DNA of 64,000 nucleotides, from IMG/VR virus record IMGVR_UViG_3300046648_000377, positions 330 through 64,329 of that record. One strand, given 5' to 3'. A program made the translations under genes and the position numbers. The notes under the pieces are model-generated. The model made no database searches, was not told the DNA's origin, and worked only from the letters and a program-made list of their open reading frames with translations. Source of the DNA: a virus. Lineage: Duplodnaviria > Caudoviricetes. This document shows, one piece after another, positions 20,432-30,623 of this stretch (positions are counted from its first letter, which is position 1; every line of letters starts with the position of its first letter).

Positions 20432-21619
20432 CTACGTGAGTGTAGCGGTGACGCGCCGGGAAAGCGCGCAGATTGAAGCGGTGCCGGAGGCCCCGATCGA
20501 GAGGCGATCCCCTTGCGGTTCGATGAGACTTCCGTCGTCGCAGCCAAGGACAAACCCGTTGCCAGCTATCCAGACAGCGACACGTCGACCAGCCTGCTGG
20601 TAGGTCGCTGGCAGCTGATTGCCATCGATGTACGCCACGCCGCCCGTGGCCGGTGGAAGCGCGCCCTTGCGCTCAAGTGTCCATTCACCAGGGCGACCGC
20701 CTCGAAGGAACTGCACGCCAAGCCGCGTGCCGACGTAAAGGCCGCCCTCGACAGCCGCGACCATGGTGATCCGGTTCGCAAACTGCACGAAGCCATGCCG
20801 CGGCGAGTGCAGGCCCGGGTTCATGGGCTGGCTCATGATCAGCGTGCGTCCTTTCGCGACAAGGAGCAGGCCGCGCCACGCGGTGATGAAGCTGCCCCCC
20901 GGCAGGCGTGCAAGGAGCTGGGTGGTGGCCTGGCGGCCGAGCTGGCCCTGTCCGATAAGAAACGTCGTCATGCCCAGTGGTACGTCGGCGCAGTGATACA
21001 GGACGGCACCGTTTGGCTCGGTGCGGTAGACCCTCGCGATATCCGCATCGGCGATGGCCTCGATCGGGCCGAGGGCAATACCCTGCCCGTCGGCCAAGTT
21101 CACCGTGCGAGCAGCTGATAGCGCGCCCTCCTGCCCTTCGCGTACGTAGGCGACGGCCATTGAATAGCGGCCCGCGACCAGGCCACCGATGGCATTGGCC
21201 GTGAGGTCCGGGAACGGACCATCGGGAGGCGCCAGGGGCCGCACCTGGTCGCCTACGATCTCAAACACGCCCAGGCGCTGGCTACCGACCGTCCTATCGT
21301 CGAGGTCGGCGAAGGAACACGGCTCGTCGGAAGGCAGGTCGCCCAGCGCGGTGGCGCCGGCGGTGGTGAGACGGTAAAGGATCGAGCTCGCGACGCCGAA
21401 CGTTCCACGCAACCCGGTCCACACGCTATGCAGCCCGGGCAGCGGAACCACGAGCCGCAGGCCTCGACGGCGCTGCGCGTCACCGCTGCGGTCGATGTCG
21501 ACGTTCAACGCGTCCACCAGCGCTATCGGGCGGCCCTTGTCGTCCGAGCGGACGGACGTCGGGTCCGAGACGTTGTCGATACCGAGAGGCCAGGGACCGA
21601 TCGCGACGGGCTTCTTCAT
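20432..21619 (-). CDS. tail nozzle/head-closure-like virion protein
   Basis: GPWPLGIDNV..DALNVDIDRSG..RRRG N-terminus typical of podovirus nozzle/stabilization proteins. Confidence 0.6.
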   Translation of the reverse strand: MKKPVAIGPWPLGIDNVSDPTSVRSDDKGRPIALVDALNVDIDRSGDAQRRRGLRLVVPLPGLHSVWTGLRGTFGVASSILYRLTTAGATALGDLPSDEPCSFADLDDRTVGSQRLGVFEIVGDQVRPLAPPDGPFPDLTANAIGGLVAGRYSMAVAYVREGQEGALSAARTVNLADGQGIALGPIEAIADADIARVYRTEPNGAVLYHCADVPLGMTTFLIGQGQLGRQATTQLLARLPGGSFITAWRGLLLVAKGRTLIMSQPMNPGLHSPRHGFVQFANRITMVAAVEGGLYVGTRLGVQFLRGGRPGEWTLERKGALPPATGGVAYIDGNQLPATYQQAGRRVAVWIAGNGFVLGCDDGSLIEPQGDRLSIGASGTASICALSRRVTATLT

Positions 21620-24600
21620 GTGCTGACCTCGAGCTTGGGTTGACCGAAGACGCCGGCGGCGCCGTCGTGAACTGCAATAGCGCGGTTTCCACACCAGCTG
21701 GCCACGAGCGTTGGCCCGCCGATCTCGCCCTCATCGATGGCAGCGGGGGCCACAGGCATTCCCATACGGGGTGAACCAACAGCCCCGACCATGCCCGTTG
21801 GGCGCACGAGACTGCCGATGACCGCCCTGCCGTATGCGGCCAGGTCGTCGCCGTACGGCTTCACCTTGCCTGCCTCCCATCGCTGCACGTCCCCGAAGAC
21901 GCCGTCTTCGAACCCGTCCGGATTGATCCGAGAGACCGGTGCCACCGCGACGCGTCCCATCCCCGGCGGTTCCATTCCAGCTGGCGCGATGCCGTGTCGC
22001 CCGAGCGAGGTCCACGGTGTGCCCATCACCGACGTGGAGCCCACGGAAATGTCGGTGATGCGCATCTGCTTAGTGACCCGCATGCGGTCACGGAACGAAC
22101 CCGGGCTGTCGGCTGCCACTGCCTCAGACTGCCATCCAGCAGGGTCGAGGTAGCGGATGTAATTGCTGATCCATGGATTGCCGAAGCTCGACTGGTCGAT
22201 CCCGACAAAGGGAAACGGCGCATACGCGTTGCTGATCCAGCTCGACGTGCGTGGCCACACCGGCGCCGCGGGTGGACTGATCAGGAAGGCGTTGAATCCC
22301 GACACCAGCAGCTGGCGGTTGAAGAGCTGTACATCCTGCCGCGGCATCGTACTGGCGGCGAGGCCGCCGGGACGAATCGTGCGAGGGCCCAGGTCCTCAG
22401 CGTGATTGACCGCGTAGCTGCCAAACACTGACATGTCGAAGCCGTAGAGGCCAACGTCCCCACCGCCGTTCAATGTCGGGAAGCCCAGCTTCTGGAACGT
22501 CGATCCCTGGGCACGGATGTAGAGCGGTCGCTGGACCAGGCCCGGCGCGCCGAACGATCCGTGCGACGAGCCAGTGAGCCGGAGTTCGCGATCGCGGTGC
22601 GTGACTACGGCACTTCCGAAGACAGGGCGCTCTGGATGGTCGGCACCGTGTACGCCGGCGTCCATCTGCTGACCTTGCTCTTGCCAGTAGCCCGTCGTGT
22701 AGGGGTAGCCCTGCGGTGCCCAGATGTAGCGCGGACCAACATCTGCCGCCGGAACGGTCGCGTTGCTCGGCGCATCGATGCCCGCCGGGAACAGGAAGCG
22801 CGTGCCGTTGAACGTCGGGATGCCGCACTGGACGCCGGTCGTCTCGTCATAAGGCGGAGTGATGCCCTTCGCAAGGATTCCGTTGTTTACGAACCGCGCT
22901 GATCCGAAGATGGACGAGTCGCTGCCTGACGCGTAGAGCACGTTGATCTGAACACCCGGGTGTCCAACCAAGCCCGTGTCGGTGCCCGTGGGAGCCAATA
23001 TCTGCGGCGACGGCGGATCCGGCGAAACCTTGCGCATCTGGTGAAGCTGCGAGATAGGCAACGGGCCAACGCCGAGCGGCAACACCGTGATTCGACGATC
23101 CTTGACGACATGCCGCCCGAAGGTTTCGCCCCCGAACGACTGGAACGCGAAGTGTTCGAACTGGTTGTGGATGGCGGCGGTACCGAACATCGTCGCCGTC
23201 CACCCGAAGATCGGCAGTTCCGGCGTGACGTTCTGGACGCGGCCCTCACCGAAGGCATTCGCCGGCGGGAGCGTGGAACTCGGCGCGATGATCGTGAAGT
23301 GCTGCTCGAGCGTGGGAACGCCGGCGCCGCCGGCGGCAAAGCCTGGAACCCGGACATACCGGATCCAGTTCTCGACATCGACATTGCCGAACGGCGGTGG
23401 CCCGGAGAGCGAGAACGGGCTGATCGTGCGGATGGCGAAGTCGACCATTTGGGTGCCGAACACCGACTGATCTGCACCGACCAGGCGCAGGGTCTGCAGG
23501 TTGCTCCAGACCCTTCTGGGCTTGCCCATCGTCCCAGGATCGATCCCGTTCGGAGCCAGCACGCGGGCGCCGTTGTAAACGATCGTGCCCACGACACTCC
23601 CCCAGCCGGTCGTCTCAGTGCCGACGAACTGGATCGTCCGAATCGCTGGCGCGACCAAGCTGTTCCCCCACAGCGTGAAGTCGATGAACGCTGGCGTGGC
23701 CACAATCCTCGCAGCGTTTCGAAGGTCGGGAGTGCCATACCGCCCTGCGGCCAGGCCGTCAGGGCGCGGCATCTGGTTCCGATTCATCACCAGGTTGAAG
23801 TCGCCGAACACGCCGCCGTCGCTTGGCGTCACTTCAAACTGCTGCTCGATGACCTGCTTGAGGTTGTAGATCTGGGTGCGGCCGAACTGTTCGGCCGACG
23901 TCGGGCCGCCACCGATCCAACCAGGAGGGGCAACGAACTGCTTGGCCAGCCGCAGCGTCGTCTCGCCCCACGCCGTGCCGCGGATCCCGAGATCCTGCAT
24001 GTCCACGATAAACCGGGGCCGGTACACCTCGGCCTGGCCGAACGTCTCGCTCCCGAAGGGCGCGGGGAAGACGTTGTGCTGAAAGTCCATGAGAGGCCTG
24101 CCCCACTGCGTGGCAATGAACCACGCAGGGAAGATCTCCCTTACCCGAAACGTCAGGACAGGCGCCGGCGGTGCGATTGGCGTAATCCCGCGACCCGCCA
24201 TATCGACGATACGGACGCCGCCCGACATGGTCGCGGTGCCGAAGTGGCTGGTATCAGCGAGAGTTACCGCGGTGAGCCGCCTCGTGCCCAGGCTTACCCA
24301 TGCCGTACCAGACGCGAACGCGCTGATGCCGCCAGGGCGAACTTCCTGACTGAGGTTGTAAAGCTTTGCTTGACCGAACGCTCCCGGCGCGATGCCTGGA
24401 ACCAATACGCTCTTCGTGAGAACCAGGTTGCCACTGACGGAACCGGAGTCCCAGCCAGCCGCGAAGATCTGCGCGGTTGCGTTCCGCAACGAAGCGGTGC
24501 CAAACAGGCCCGCATCGAAGCCCGCCGCAAACACGGTACCCGGCAAGCCGCCGAAGCGGAATGACACCTTGTCGCCTGCCGGGATAGCGTAGGCCGCTCC

Positions 24601-24654
24601 CGACACGAAAGGGAACGCTACCTTGTCACCGGGCGGGATCGTGTAGGTAGCCAT
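21616..24654 (-). CDS. large tail protein with ~22-25-aa I-x-P-x-G...FG repeats
   Basis: 1012 aa with many units such as VFAAGFDAGLFG, VLVPGIAPGAFG, INPDGFEDGVFG. Confidence 0.7.
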   Translation of the reverse strand: MATYTIPPGDKVAFPFVSGAAYAIPAGDKVSFRFGGLPGTVFAAGFDAGLFGTASLRNATAQIFAAGWDSGSVSGNLVLTKSVLVPGIAPGAFGQAKLYNLSQEVRPGGISAFASGTAWVSLGTRRLTAVTLADTSHFGTATMSGGVRIVDMAGRGITPIAPPAPVLTFRVREIFPAWFIATQWGRPLMDFQHNVFPAPFGSETFGQAEVYRPRFIVDMQDLGIRGTAWGETTLRLAKQFVAPPGWIGGGPTSAEQFGRTQIYNLKQVIEQQFEVTPSDGGVFGDFNLVMNRNQMPRPDGLAAGRYGTPDLRNAARIVATPAFIDFTLWGNSLVAPAIRTIQFVGTETTGWGSVVGTIVYNGARVLAPNGIDPGTMGKPRRVWSNLQTLRLVGADQSVFGTQMVDFAIRTISPFSLSGPPPFGNVDVENWIRYVRVPGFAAGGAGVPTLEQHFTIIAPSSTLPPANAFGEGRVQNVTPELPIFGWTATMFGTAAIHNQFEHFAFQSFGGETFGRHVVKDRRITVLPLGVGPLPISQLHQMRKVSPDPPSPQILAPTGTDTGLVGHPGVQINVLYASGSDSSIFGSARFVNNGILAKGITPPYDETTGVQCGIPTFNGTRFLFPAGIDAPSNATVPAADVGPRYIWAPQGYPYTTGYWQEQGQQMDAGVHGADHPERPVFGSAVVTHRDRELRLTGSSHGSFGAPGLVQRPLYIRAQGSTFQKLGFPTLNGGGDVGLYGFDMSVFGSYAVNHAEDLGPRTIRPGGLAASTMPRQDVQLFNRQLLVSGFNAFLISPPAAPVWPRTSSWISNAYAPFPFVGIDQSSFGNPWISNYIRYLDPAGWQSEAVAADSPGSFRDRMRVTKQMRITDISVGSTSVMGTPWTSLGRHGIAPAGMEPPGMGRVAVAPVSRINPDGFEDGVFGDVQRWEAGKVKPYGDDLAAYGRAVIGSLVRPTGMVGAVGSPRMGMPVAPAAIDEGEIGGPTLVASWCGNRAIAVHDGAAGVFGQPKLEVST

Positions 24655-24657
24655 AAC

Positions 24658-25749
24658 TTAGATGACGAACCGGCGGACTTCGGTCGGAGCCCATGCGGTT
24701 TGTCCGGTGACTGTCTTTTTGACGATCCACGTTACTGTGTCGTTGCTGGCCTCGATGGTGAAGTCCTTCGGCGCATAACCAGGATGGTCGTTCGATGCAT
24801 GGCTACCCATGATCGCCACCTCGGCCACGTGGGTGAACGTGCCGAAGTCGTAACTAATCCAGCCTTGCGGGATGGCCAGGGCATTAGACGTCCACTCGTT
24901 CGTCGAGTTGTCATCAAACGCCATGTAGTAGGCATTGATCGAGTTGGCGTCGCCGCTCGATGCGGCTTTCGTGATCGCTCCGCTTGGAGTGGTCATGTCG
25001 GCACCACCCACGGTGGCGCGGAATTCCAGCTCGACAACGACGACATAGTTCGTCAGGCCGTTGTTGGCGGTGATGTTGACGCGCCAGTAGCGGTACCCAT
25101 CAACCACGGCAAGCGCCTGTGCGCTGGTCGTCGCGGTCTGTCCATCGGAGGAATCGACAGAGGCGGTAAAGCTGTAATTCGCTGGGGTGCCTGGGGTGAC
25201 GCCAGAGAAGACGATCGTATCGCCTGCGACAGAGAGGGACATGCCCGCAGGCAGCGCACCGGTCGCCACGCGCGCATTGCTGTACGGCGGAAGCCCGCCG
25301 GTGATCGGTATGCTGCTGCTGTAGGTGTTGCTTATGCTGACCTGCGCATCGAACGCTCCGATCACGCTCAAAGGTGCGATAGCCGCCGTAATACGGGCGG
25401 CAATGATGTCGTTCTCGGTGTTGCTGCTGCCGCGTGCTATCACGTCGAACAGGCGACTGAAGGTTAGCCCGGTAAACTGATAGGTGCCGTTGGCGGCGGA
25501 TACCGTCGTTGCGATCAATGTGCGGGTGAGGCGATCGAACAGGTCGAGCGTACGTACCGCGCCAGCGCCGTTAAAAGTGACCAGACCATCAGGGATCGTG
25601 CCGGCGATATAACCAACGCCACGCCATGGCGGCATGGCGGCATCACGAAGCACCACCATAAATGGCTGTCGTGCACCCACGAAGTGGCAAGAGGTCCACG
25701 GATCGCCTGTCACCGTGTTCACGCGTGGACCTGCTACGACGGCAACCAT
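24658..25749 (-). CDS. tail fiber/spike-like protein (Ig-like plus discoidin/F5-8C-like domain)
   Basis: TGGLPPY Ig-like unit; YRYWRVNITANNG..AFD..W..WISYDFG..PKDFTIEASND..W. Confidence 0.7.
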   Translation of the reverse strand: MVAVVAGPRVNTVTGDPWTSCHFVGARQPFMVVLRDAAMPPWRGVGYIAGTIPDGLVTFNGAGAVRTLDLFDRLTRTLIATTVSAANGTYQFTGLTFSRLFDVIARGSSNTENDIIAARITAAIAPLSVIGAFDAQVSISNTYSSSIPITGGLPPYSNARVATGALPAGMSLSVAGDTIVFSGVTPGTPANYSFTASVDSSDGQTATTSAQALAVVDGYRYWRVNITANNGLTNYVVVVELEFRATVGGADMTTPSGAITKAASSGDANSINAYYMAFDDNSTNEWTSNALAIPQGWISYDFGTFTHVAEVAIMGSHASNDHPGYAPKDFTIEASNDTVTWIVKKTVTGQTAWAPTEVRRFVI

Positions 25750-25752
25750 TCA

Positions 25753-26652
25753 TTACTCCCAAAGCATGCCGAGCTGGCAATTGGTAATTTGCCCATAGTT
25801 AGACACGGCAAACCCGTCGTTCCCCATGTTGACGTAATTGCGCGATGTCGTGCCGACGAGTGGGATGGAGTATTGAGAAAACGCTGCCACCTCTGCCGGA
25901 ACGGTCGATGCAATACCAAATACCGGGCGCATCTTTGGCATCAGTAGATAGGTGCGGAAGGCTTGATAATTGGCTGGCGTCTCGTCCGTCAAAGATGCCG
26001 AGTATGGCCCTGGAACGAAAGTGTGAAACACCGTCCCGCCGGTGAACGTACTCAGAGCCCTGTTGTAGGTGTAGAGCGTTGGTGTACCGCCGTTGTAGGT
26101 GCGAAACCCAAACACAAACCCCTCTGTCGTAGGTAACCCCGAGTCATCTACCATCCGGGTTACAAAAAAGCGGCAAAGAGCCTGTGAATTGGCCCCATTG
26201 GGGGTAACGATCCCCATATAACACGCAACGCCGACGAAGCCATCAACACGGCAGCACCGTGTCACGCCTGAAGACGTGGCCGGAACGTTGTTGCTGTTGT
26301 CGTGCGACAACGGACCAACCTTTTGACCGGTGATGTTGCCAGCTCCATCCGTTGCTGTGCCGATGGAAACCCATGTGTTAGGCCGCGAGACACTGGCCGC
26401 GATGCCGTATTCGATCTTGATGCGGATCGGTGCCGTGGCATCTAGCGTGTCCGCCATGGCATACATTTCGTAGCCTGCGACGGTGTTAGCACCAGGAACC
26501 GCGACCGTGGCCCAATTGATCTGTCCAGAATCTGCCGTCTGCGTGAGGCCAATCGCCTTTAGGTGATCGGAAATCGTCTTCCCCCACTGCTGGAAGTGAG
26601 CGGCGGTGTCGTTGCCGTTGTATACGTCGGTGTTCGATGAGCGCGTCGTCAT
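25753..26652 (-). CDS. putative receptor-binding/tail protein
   Basis: ATGA overlap at 26649-26652; visibly more AT-rich than neighbours. Confidence 0.6.
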   Translation of the reverse strand: MTTRSSNTDVYNGNDTAAHFQQWGKTISDHLKAIGLTQTADSGQINWATVAVPGANTVAGYEMYAMADTLDATAPIRIKIEYGIAASVSRPNTWVSIGTATDGAGNITGQKVGPLSHDNSNNVPATSSGVTRCCRVDGFVGVACYMGIVTPNGANSQALCRFFVTRMVDDSGLPTTEGFVFGFRTYNGGTPTLYTYNRALSTFTGGTVFHTFVPGPYSASLTDETPANYQAFRTYLLMPKMRPVFGIASTVPAEVAAFSQYSIPLVGTTSRNYVNMGNDGFAVSNYGQITNCQLGMLWE

Positions 26653-27056
26653 GCGTCGGCGCTCCCTGCGGGAGCTCCACCGAAGGGATCCTCGTCCTTC
26701 CAGTAGCCCTTTGCGGTCCACCATTCGACGTATGACGCAATAAACGCATCCTCGCCCATACGCCCGATCGCGGCGATGCCACGCTCCGTGGCGTACCTCA
26801 CGCTATTGATCTGAGCCTCGTTCGGCTCGATCTGCTCGATGAACATCTGAAACGGCGGGTGCTCCGGCAGCCGCGCCATGCGATCGAGCGCAGACTTCTG
26901 CATCGCTGCCACAGACGTGAAGTCGGTGCCCGTCGGCGAGAAGCTCTGCGTTGGCGGCTTTTCGCTCGGTTGCGCCTGGTCGGGGCCGATCACGCCGGGC
27001 ACACCGAGGACTCCCGGCGGCGCATATTCCGGCGCTGTGTTCGTTTCGTCGCTCAT
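26649..27056 (-). CDS. hypothetical late protein (135 aa)
   Basis: MSDETNTAPEY..; contains KPPTQSFSP. Confidence 0.7.
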   Translation of the reverse strand: MSDETNTAPEYAPPGVLGVPGVIGPDQAQPSEKPPTQSFSPTGTDFTSVAAMQKSALDRMARLPEHPPFQMFIEQIEPNEAQINSVRYATERGIAAIGRMGEDAFIASYVEWWTAKGYWKDEDPFGGAPAGSADA

Positions 27057-27070
27057 GCGATCTGCCCCGG

Positions 27071-27484
27071 TCAGAGTTTGAAGATCTTGTTGGTGCCGTT
27101 GTCCCACGTGCAGATGATGTCGCCGCCGTTGGGGGTGATCGGCAGGCCGGTGGCCGTGTCGATGAACGCAATCAGGGGTGAGGTGCCTTCGGTACCGGTG
27201 TCCTTGAAGATCACCAGGGCCTCGATCGACGCACCGGTCACGGCGCTGAAGGTGATGTCCGCGGCATCGGCTGCACCGCCGGTGGTGGTCTTGCTGATAA
27301 GTGCGACGCCGCTCGACGTGCCGATGCGCGCCGACGTCGGGATGTCCGACAGGAACTGGTGGGTGGTGAAGTTGGCCGAGTACGAACCCGTGTCGACCAG
27401 GATGACCTTGATGGTGTCCGTCAGCCAATTGAACTGGCCCTCGAGGAAGCGCTGCCGACCGAAGTCGTAAAGGGTGTTTGCCAT
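27071..27484 (-). CDS. conserved virion structural protein (137 aa)
   Basis: MANTLY..DTIKVILVD..GLPITPNGGDIICTWDNGTNKIFKL, a common phage structural family. Confidence 0.8.
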   Translation of the reverse strand: MANTLYDFGRQRFLEGQFNWLTDTIKVILVDTGSYSANFTTHQFLSDIPTSARIGTSSGVALISKTTTGGAADAADITFSAVTGASIEALVIFKDTGTEGTSPLIAFIDTATGLPITPNGGDIICTWDNGTNKIFKL

Positions 27485-27521
27485 GGGTGTCGCTCCGATG
27501 TCGGGGCGGCACTCATGCGCC
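27481..27521 (-). promoter_or_regulatory. leader RNA switch copy B
   Basis: 14-mer at 27508-27521; CAUGAGUG can pair with CACCCAUG (one mismatch) at start codon 27484. Confidence 0.7.
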
Positions 27522-27547
27522 GTTGGTTGAGCTGGTCAGCGCCAGCG

Positions 27548-28234
27548 CTAGAAGGTCTGTACGTGCCTGACGCGAGGGGGGCTATCAGCCCAACGCGCCA
27601 TCGCCATCAGCGACGGCCGTGTGCCAAACCGTTGCTCGAACAGGCTGAGATGGGTACCCGACGCATCCTCTGCATTCGCGTCGGCATCCTTCTTGAGGTA
27701 TGCCTCATGGGCCACCCAGTGCCGAAGCTCCTCGATGTCTGGGATCTTGATCACTGGCTCGTCGGTATCGTTCACGAGCAGCTCGTCGCCGCGCGGTACG
27801 CGCCAGGCGCGAAGATGCAGGGTCATCGCCCGATCTGGGTTCGGCCAAAGCTGGATCGACTTCTGCGCAAGGTCCATCACCATGACCCTGGGCGTCCCGC
27901 TCTCGACACGGGCCTCATCCCAGCCGGGCTGAACCCGATCCATGTCGTACGACGCAAGCGCCCAAAGCTTGTGCGTCGCGCCGATGATCGATCCCGATCG
28001 CGGTACAAGGATCGAGCTGTCAAAGGACACGCGTCCGCCGGTGGCCGGATCGATCGCGATCACGCACGTCGCCGGATCCCCGACGGCGTCGACGTGAAGC
28101 AGGCGCGCACGGATGCAAACCTCGCGCACGGCGTTGTTGAGATACCGCGTCAGCTCCTCGTCGCTCCAGAGCTGAGGCTCGGCCTCGTCGTCGAGCATCG
28201 AGCGGATCACGGCAATGAAGTCGACGAGCTTCAT
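27548..28234 (-). CDS. head-tail adaptor protein
   Basis: LWSDEELTRYLNNAVREVCIR..WVAHEAYLKKDAD..FEQRFG. Confidence 0.75.
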   Translation of the reverse strand: MKLVDFIAVIRSMLDDEAEPQLWSDEELTRYLNNAVREVCIRARLLHVDAVGDPATCVIAIDPATGGRVSFDSSILVPRSGSIIGATHKLWALASYDMDRVQPGWDEARVESGTPRVMVMDLAQKSIQLWPNPDRAMTLHLRAWRVPRGDELLVNDTDEPVIKIPDIEELRHWVAHEAYLKKDADANAEDASGTHLSLFEQRFGTRPSLMAMARWADSPPRVRHVQTF

Positions 28235-28237
28235 GGA

Positions 28238-28798
28238 TCAGACCTGGCCGGACGCGGCAATACCGGACAGCGTGCTCTCGAGGAGCGCCTGGACGTTCTT
28301 GCGCGGCTTCTCGGACTGCACCTCGAGGTAAAGGGCAGCGCGGACCACGTCATTGTGCGAGACGCCGCCGACGCCGGTCGAGATATCGCTAGCGGAGCCC
28401 TTGAGAAGCTCGGTCGCCTCGACGACCACGGCCTCATTCCAGGGCAGCGCCTGGGCACCGGAAGGTGGAGTGCCGCCGGATCCTTCCTCCGTGTCAGCCT
28501 GGCCAGCTGCAGGAGCGGGTGCAGGCGTCGGTGCGGGCGCTGGACTCGGCGCCGGGGCCGGCGGCGGTACTGGGTTCGATCCGCGCAGCAGCTCGGGCAC
28601 GGGCTCGAGATCCGGACCGAAATGGTAGAAGTGATCGCTCCGCATGAGGGTAGTTGCCGCGGCCTCCTCGGTCACGTCGCTGACGAAGTGCACCTCGCCA
28701 TACTTATCGAAGGTCGGGGCGAACACGTACAGACGCTCGTGCACGGTCACGCGACGAACCGTGCCAGAACGCGGCTTGATCTTGGATCCGATTTTCAT
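28238..28798 (-). CDS. hypothetical late protein
   Basis: AAGGA RBS before ATG 28798; Pro/Ala linker. Confidence 0.7.
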   Translation of the reverse strand: MKIGSKIKPRSGTVRRVTVHERLYVFAPTFDKYGEVHFVSDVTEEAAATTLMRSDHFYHFGPDLEPVPELLRGSNPVPPPAPAPSPAPAPTPAPAPAAGQADTEEGSGGTPPSGAQALPWNEAVVVEATELLKGSASDISTGVGGVSHNDVVRAALYLEVQSEKPRKNVQALLESTLSGIAASGQV

Positions 28799-28856
28799 CG
28801 TGGGTTCCTTGTCGCTGAGGAGAGCTGGGGGCGACGTAGCGCCCCCAGAGTGGTCG

Positions 28857-29321
28857 TCAGACCGCGTCGACTTCCGGGCGCCAGTTCCGGATAGCCAGGT
28901 CGAGGATGACCTTGCCGGCGCCCAGCGTGGCCACCGCCGCCGAGGCGGTGAGGAAAATCGGCACATCGTCGGTGGGATCACCAATCACCCCGGTGAGCAC
29001 GAAATCTTCGGCGGTCAGGGACACAGCGGCGTTCCCGTTCTGCTCGAGCGCGAGCGCGTCGATGACCGTCTCGGTACCAATCTTGTACTTGCCGGTCGGT
29101 GCACCGTTCGTATCCAGCTTCGGAACGCGGAGGGCGCAAAGGTGCGGAATGAGGACGCAGCCCCCGGGCACGATGCCGATCTGAACCTGATCGGCGTTCG
29201 CCACCGCGGCCGGAAAAACGGCACGGTTGCCGAGATCGGTGACCTGTCGATCGATATAGACACCGCCGTTGGCAAAGGGCGTGATGCCTGCAACCAGCAG
29301 CGTGTTGATGTACTTGGACAT
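28857..29321 (-). CDS. putative capsid decoration protein
   Basis: 154 aa beta-rich, directly after the capsid gene; GAGGA RBS. Confidence 0.6.
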   Translation of the reverse strand: MSKYINTLLVAGITPFANGGVYIDRQVTDLGNRAVFPAAVANADQVQIGIVPGGCVLIPHLCALRVPKLDTNGAPTGKYKIGTETVIDALALEQNGNAAVSLTAEDFVLTGVIGDPTDDVPIFLTASAAVATLGAGKVILDLAIRNWRPEVDAV

Positions 29322-29397
29322 GAGCGTTTCCTCTCGAAGCGAAGGGGGTTCGTGCGATTCATGCAACTTGCGAAAATTCGCAAGCTGAAGGTGCCGA

Positions 29398-29422
29398 TCC
29401 CGCCCGGGTAGCCCGGGCGGGA
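29398..29422. terminator. strong hairpin after major capsid gene
   Basis: TCCCGCCCGGG-TAG-CCCGGGCGGGA, 11-bp stem, no clear U-tract (stabilizer or pause site). Confidence 0.5.
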
Positions 29423-29428
29423 CGACGT

Positions 29429-30550
29429 TTACGCGGCGATCGGGTTCGGGTCCGTGGCGAAGGTGTCGACCGACAGCAGGCCGAAGTCGCGATCCTTGTA
29501 GCGGGTCTTCTTCATGCCAAGGATCGTGCTCGAGGAGATGACGATCTGGTTGCCATCGTCCTCGGTACCCTCGTACCAGTCGTAGCGTAGGCCGGAACCC
29601 GGGCTACCGTATGCCTGGACGAGAGCCTGCGCACCCAGGAACAGTGCTCGCGCCGCGGGCTGGGCGTTGTCGACGCCGGCATTGTTGAAACGGATCACGC
29701 CGTTGTGGCTGTGCAGGATGACGCCGCGATGCATACCGAGCGCGCCGGTGAAGATCGGGTTGCCCTGCCCCTGCGCAGCGGCGGCCGCCTTCTGGATTTC
29801 GAGCCAGCCGGTCGTGCCCTGGTTCTTCGTCCGCAGGTCGTGCTCCTGGAACGAGTGCATGACCATGACGTAGCGATCCTCGCCATTGATCTTGATCGGG
29901 CGCAGCTTCACACGACCATCCGAACCGCCGCCCATCGTCGCCGCCTTGGTGACAGCCCGGTCGATCACGGAGAGGTCCATGTAGTCGTCGTTGCTGAGCG
30001 TCGCGAAGTTGGTCGCATCGCCGCCGAACAGCCAGTGGTCGCCGTCGGGCGTCGTGAACTGGTTGCCGGCGAAGCCCGCATAACCGAGGTCCTGGATGAA
30101 GTCGCCGTTGATGCCCCGGGAGCCAGACGCAGTCATGAAGGTCTCTTCATCGCTCCAGCGCGCCCACCACTCGGACATCTTGACGCGGGCAATCGAGCGC
30201 AGGTTGTGCAGCGTCCGCTTCCGGCTCATCCGGCCGCCGGCGTTAACGCCGCAGCGGACTTGGTCGATCATGATGGTGTCGCTGAAGTTCTTCAGCTTTT
30301 CGTGCTTACCGCGCAGCAGGTTGTCACCGAAGGTGGGCTTCTGCGTCAGCGGCGCGAACAAGTCGTACTTGATGGTGTCGCCCGCTTCATTCTCGAGCTC
30401 CGTGAGTACCTGGATCGGCACCGGAGCATCCTCCTTCTTGGAGGCAAAGCGGGACTGCCAGTACGAATCGCGTGCCTGGTCGGTGAAAAGCGTGGCGGAC
30501 CAGCGCTTCACCGCAATGGGGTTGTTCAAGCCAACAATGGTCTGCGACAT
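29429..30550 (-). CDS. major capsid protein (DUF4043/N4-gp56 family)
   Basis: AVKRWSA.LF, AGDTIKYDL, IDQVR.GV.AGGRMSRKRTLH.LR, NPIFTGALG, RALFLGAQA, DFG. Confidence 0.92.
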   Translation of the reverse strand: MSQTIVGLNNPIAVKRWSATLFTDQARDSYWQSRFASKKEDAPVPIQVLTELENEAGDTIKYDLFAPLTQKPTFGDNLLRGKHEKLKNFSDTIMIDQVRCGVNAGGRMSRKRTLHNLRSIARVKMSEWWARWSDEETFMTASGSRGINGDFIQDLGYAGFAGNQFTTPDGDHWLFGGDATNFATLSNDDYMDLSVIDRAVTKAATMGGGSDGRVKLRPIKINGEDRYVMVMHSFQEHDLRTKNQGTTGWLEIQKAAAAAQGQGNPIFTGALGMHRGVILHSHNGVIRFNNAGVDNAQPAARALFLGAQALVQAYGSPGSGLRYDWYEGTEDDGNQIVISSSTILGMKKTRYKDRDFGLLSVDTFATDPNPIAA

Positions 30551-30589
30551 GAGTTCTTTCCTCGAAATAAGGGAAGGCACTCATGCGCC
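30544..30589 (-). promoter_or_regulatory. leader RNA switch copy C (capsid gene leader)
   Basis: 14-mer at 30576-30589; CAUGAGU pairs with ACUCAUG at start codon 30550. Confidence 0.75.
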
Positions 30590-30623
30590 GGATCGAATTG
30601 TCGCGCTCTTGCGCGGGTGAGGT

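Noticed and set aside
8661-28894. Long plus-strand ORFs (e.g. 8661-10127, 22960-24564, 27359-28894)
   Set aside because: Antisense shadows of real minus-strand genes in GC-rich DNA, with no recognisable motifs
29318-29366. Possible fifth leader switch (GCAUGA upstream of ATG 29321)
   Set aside because: Flanks do not form the AUGA tetraloop stem, and the spacing (37 nt) differs from the 27-30 nt of the other copies
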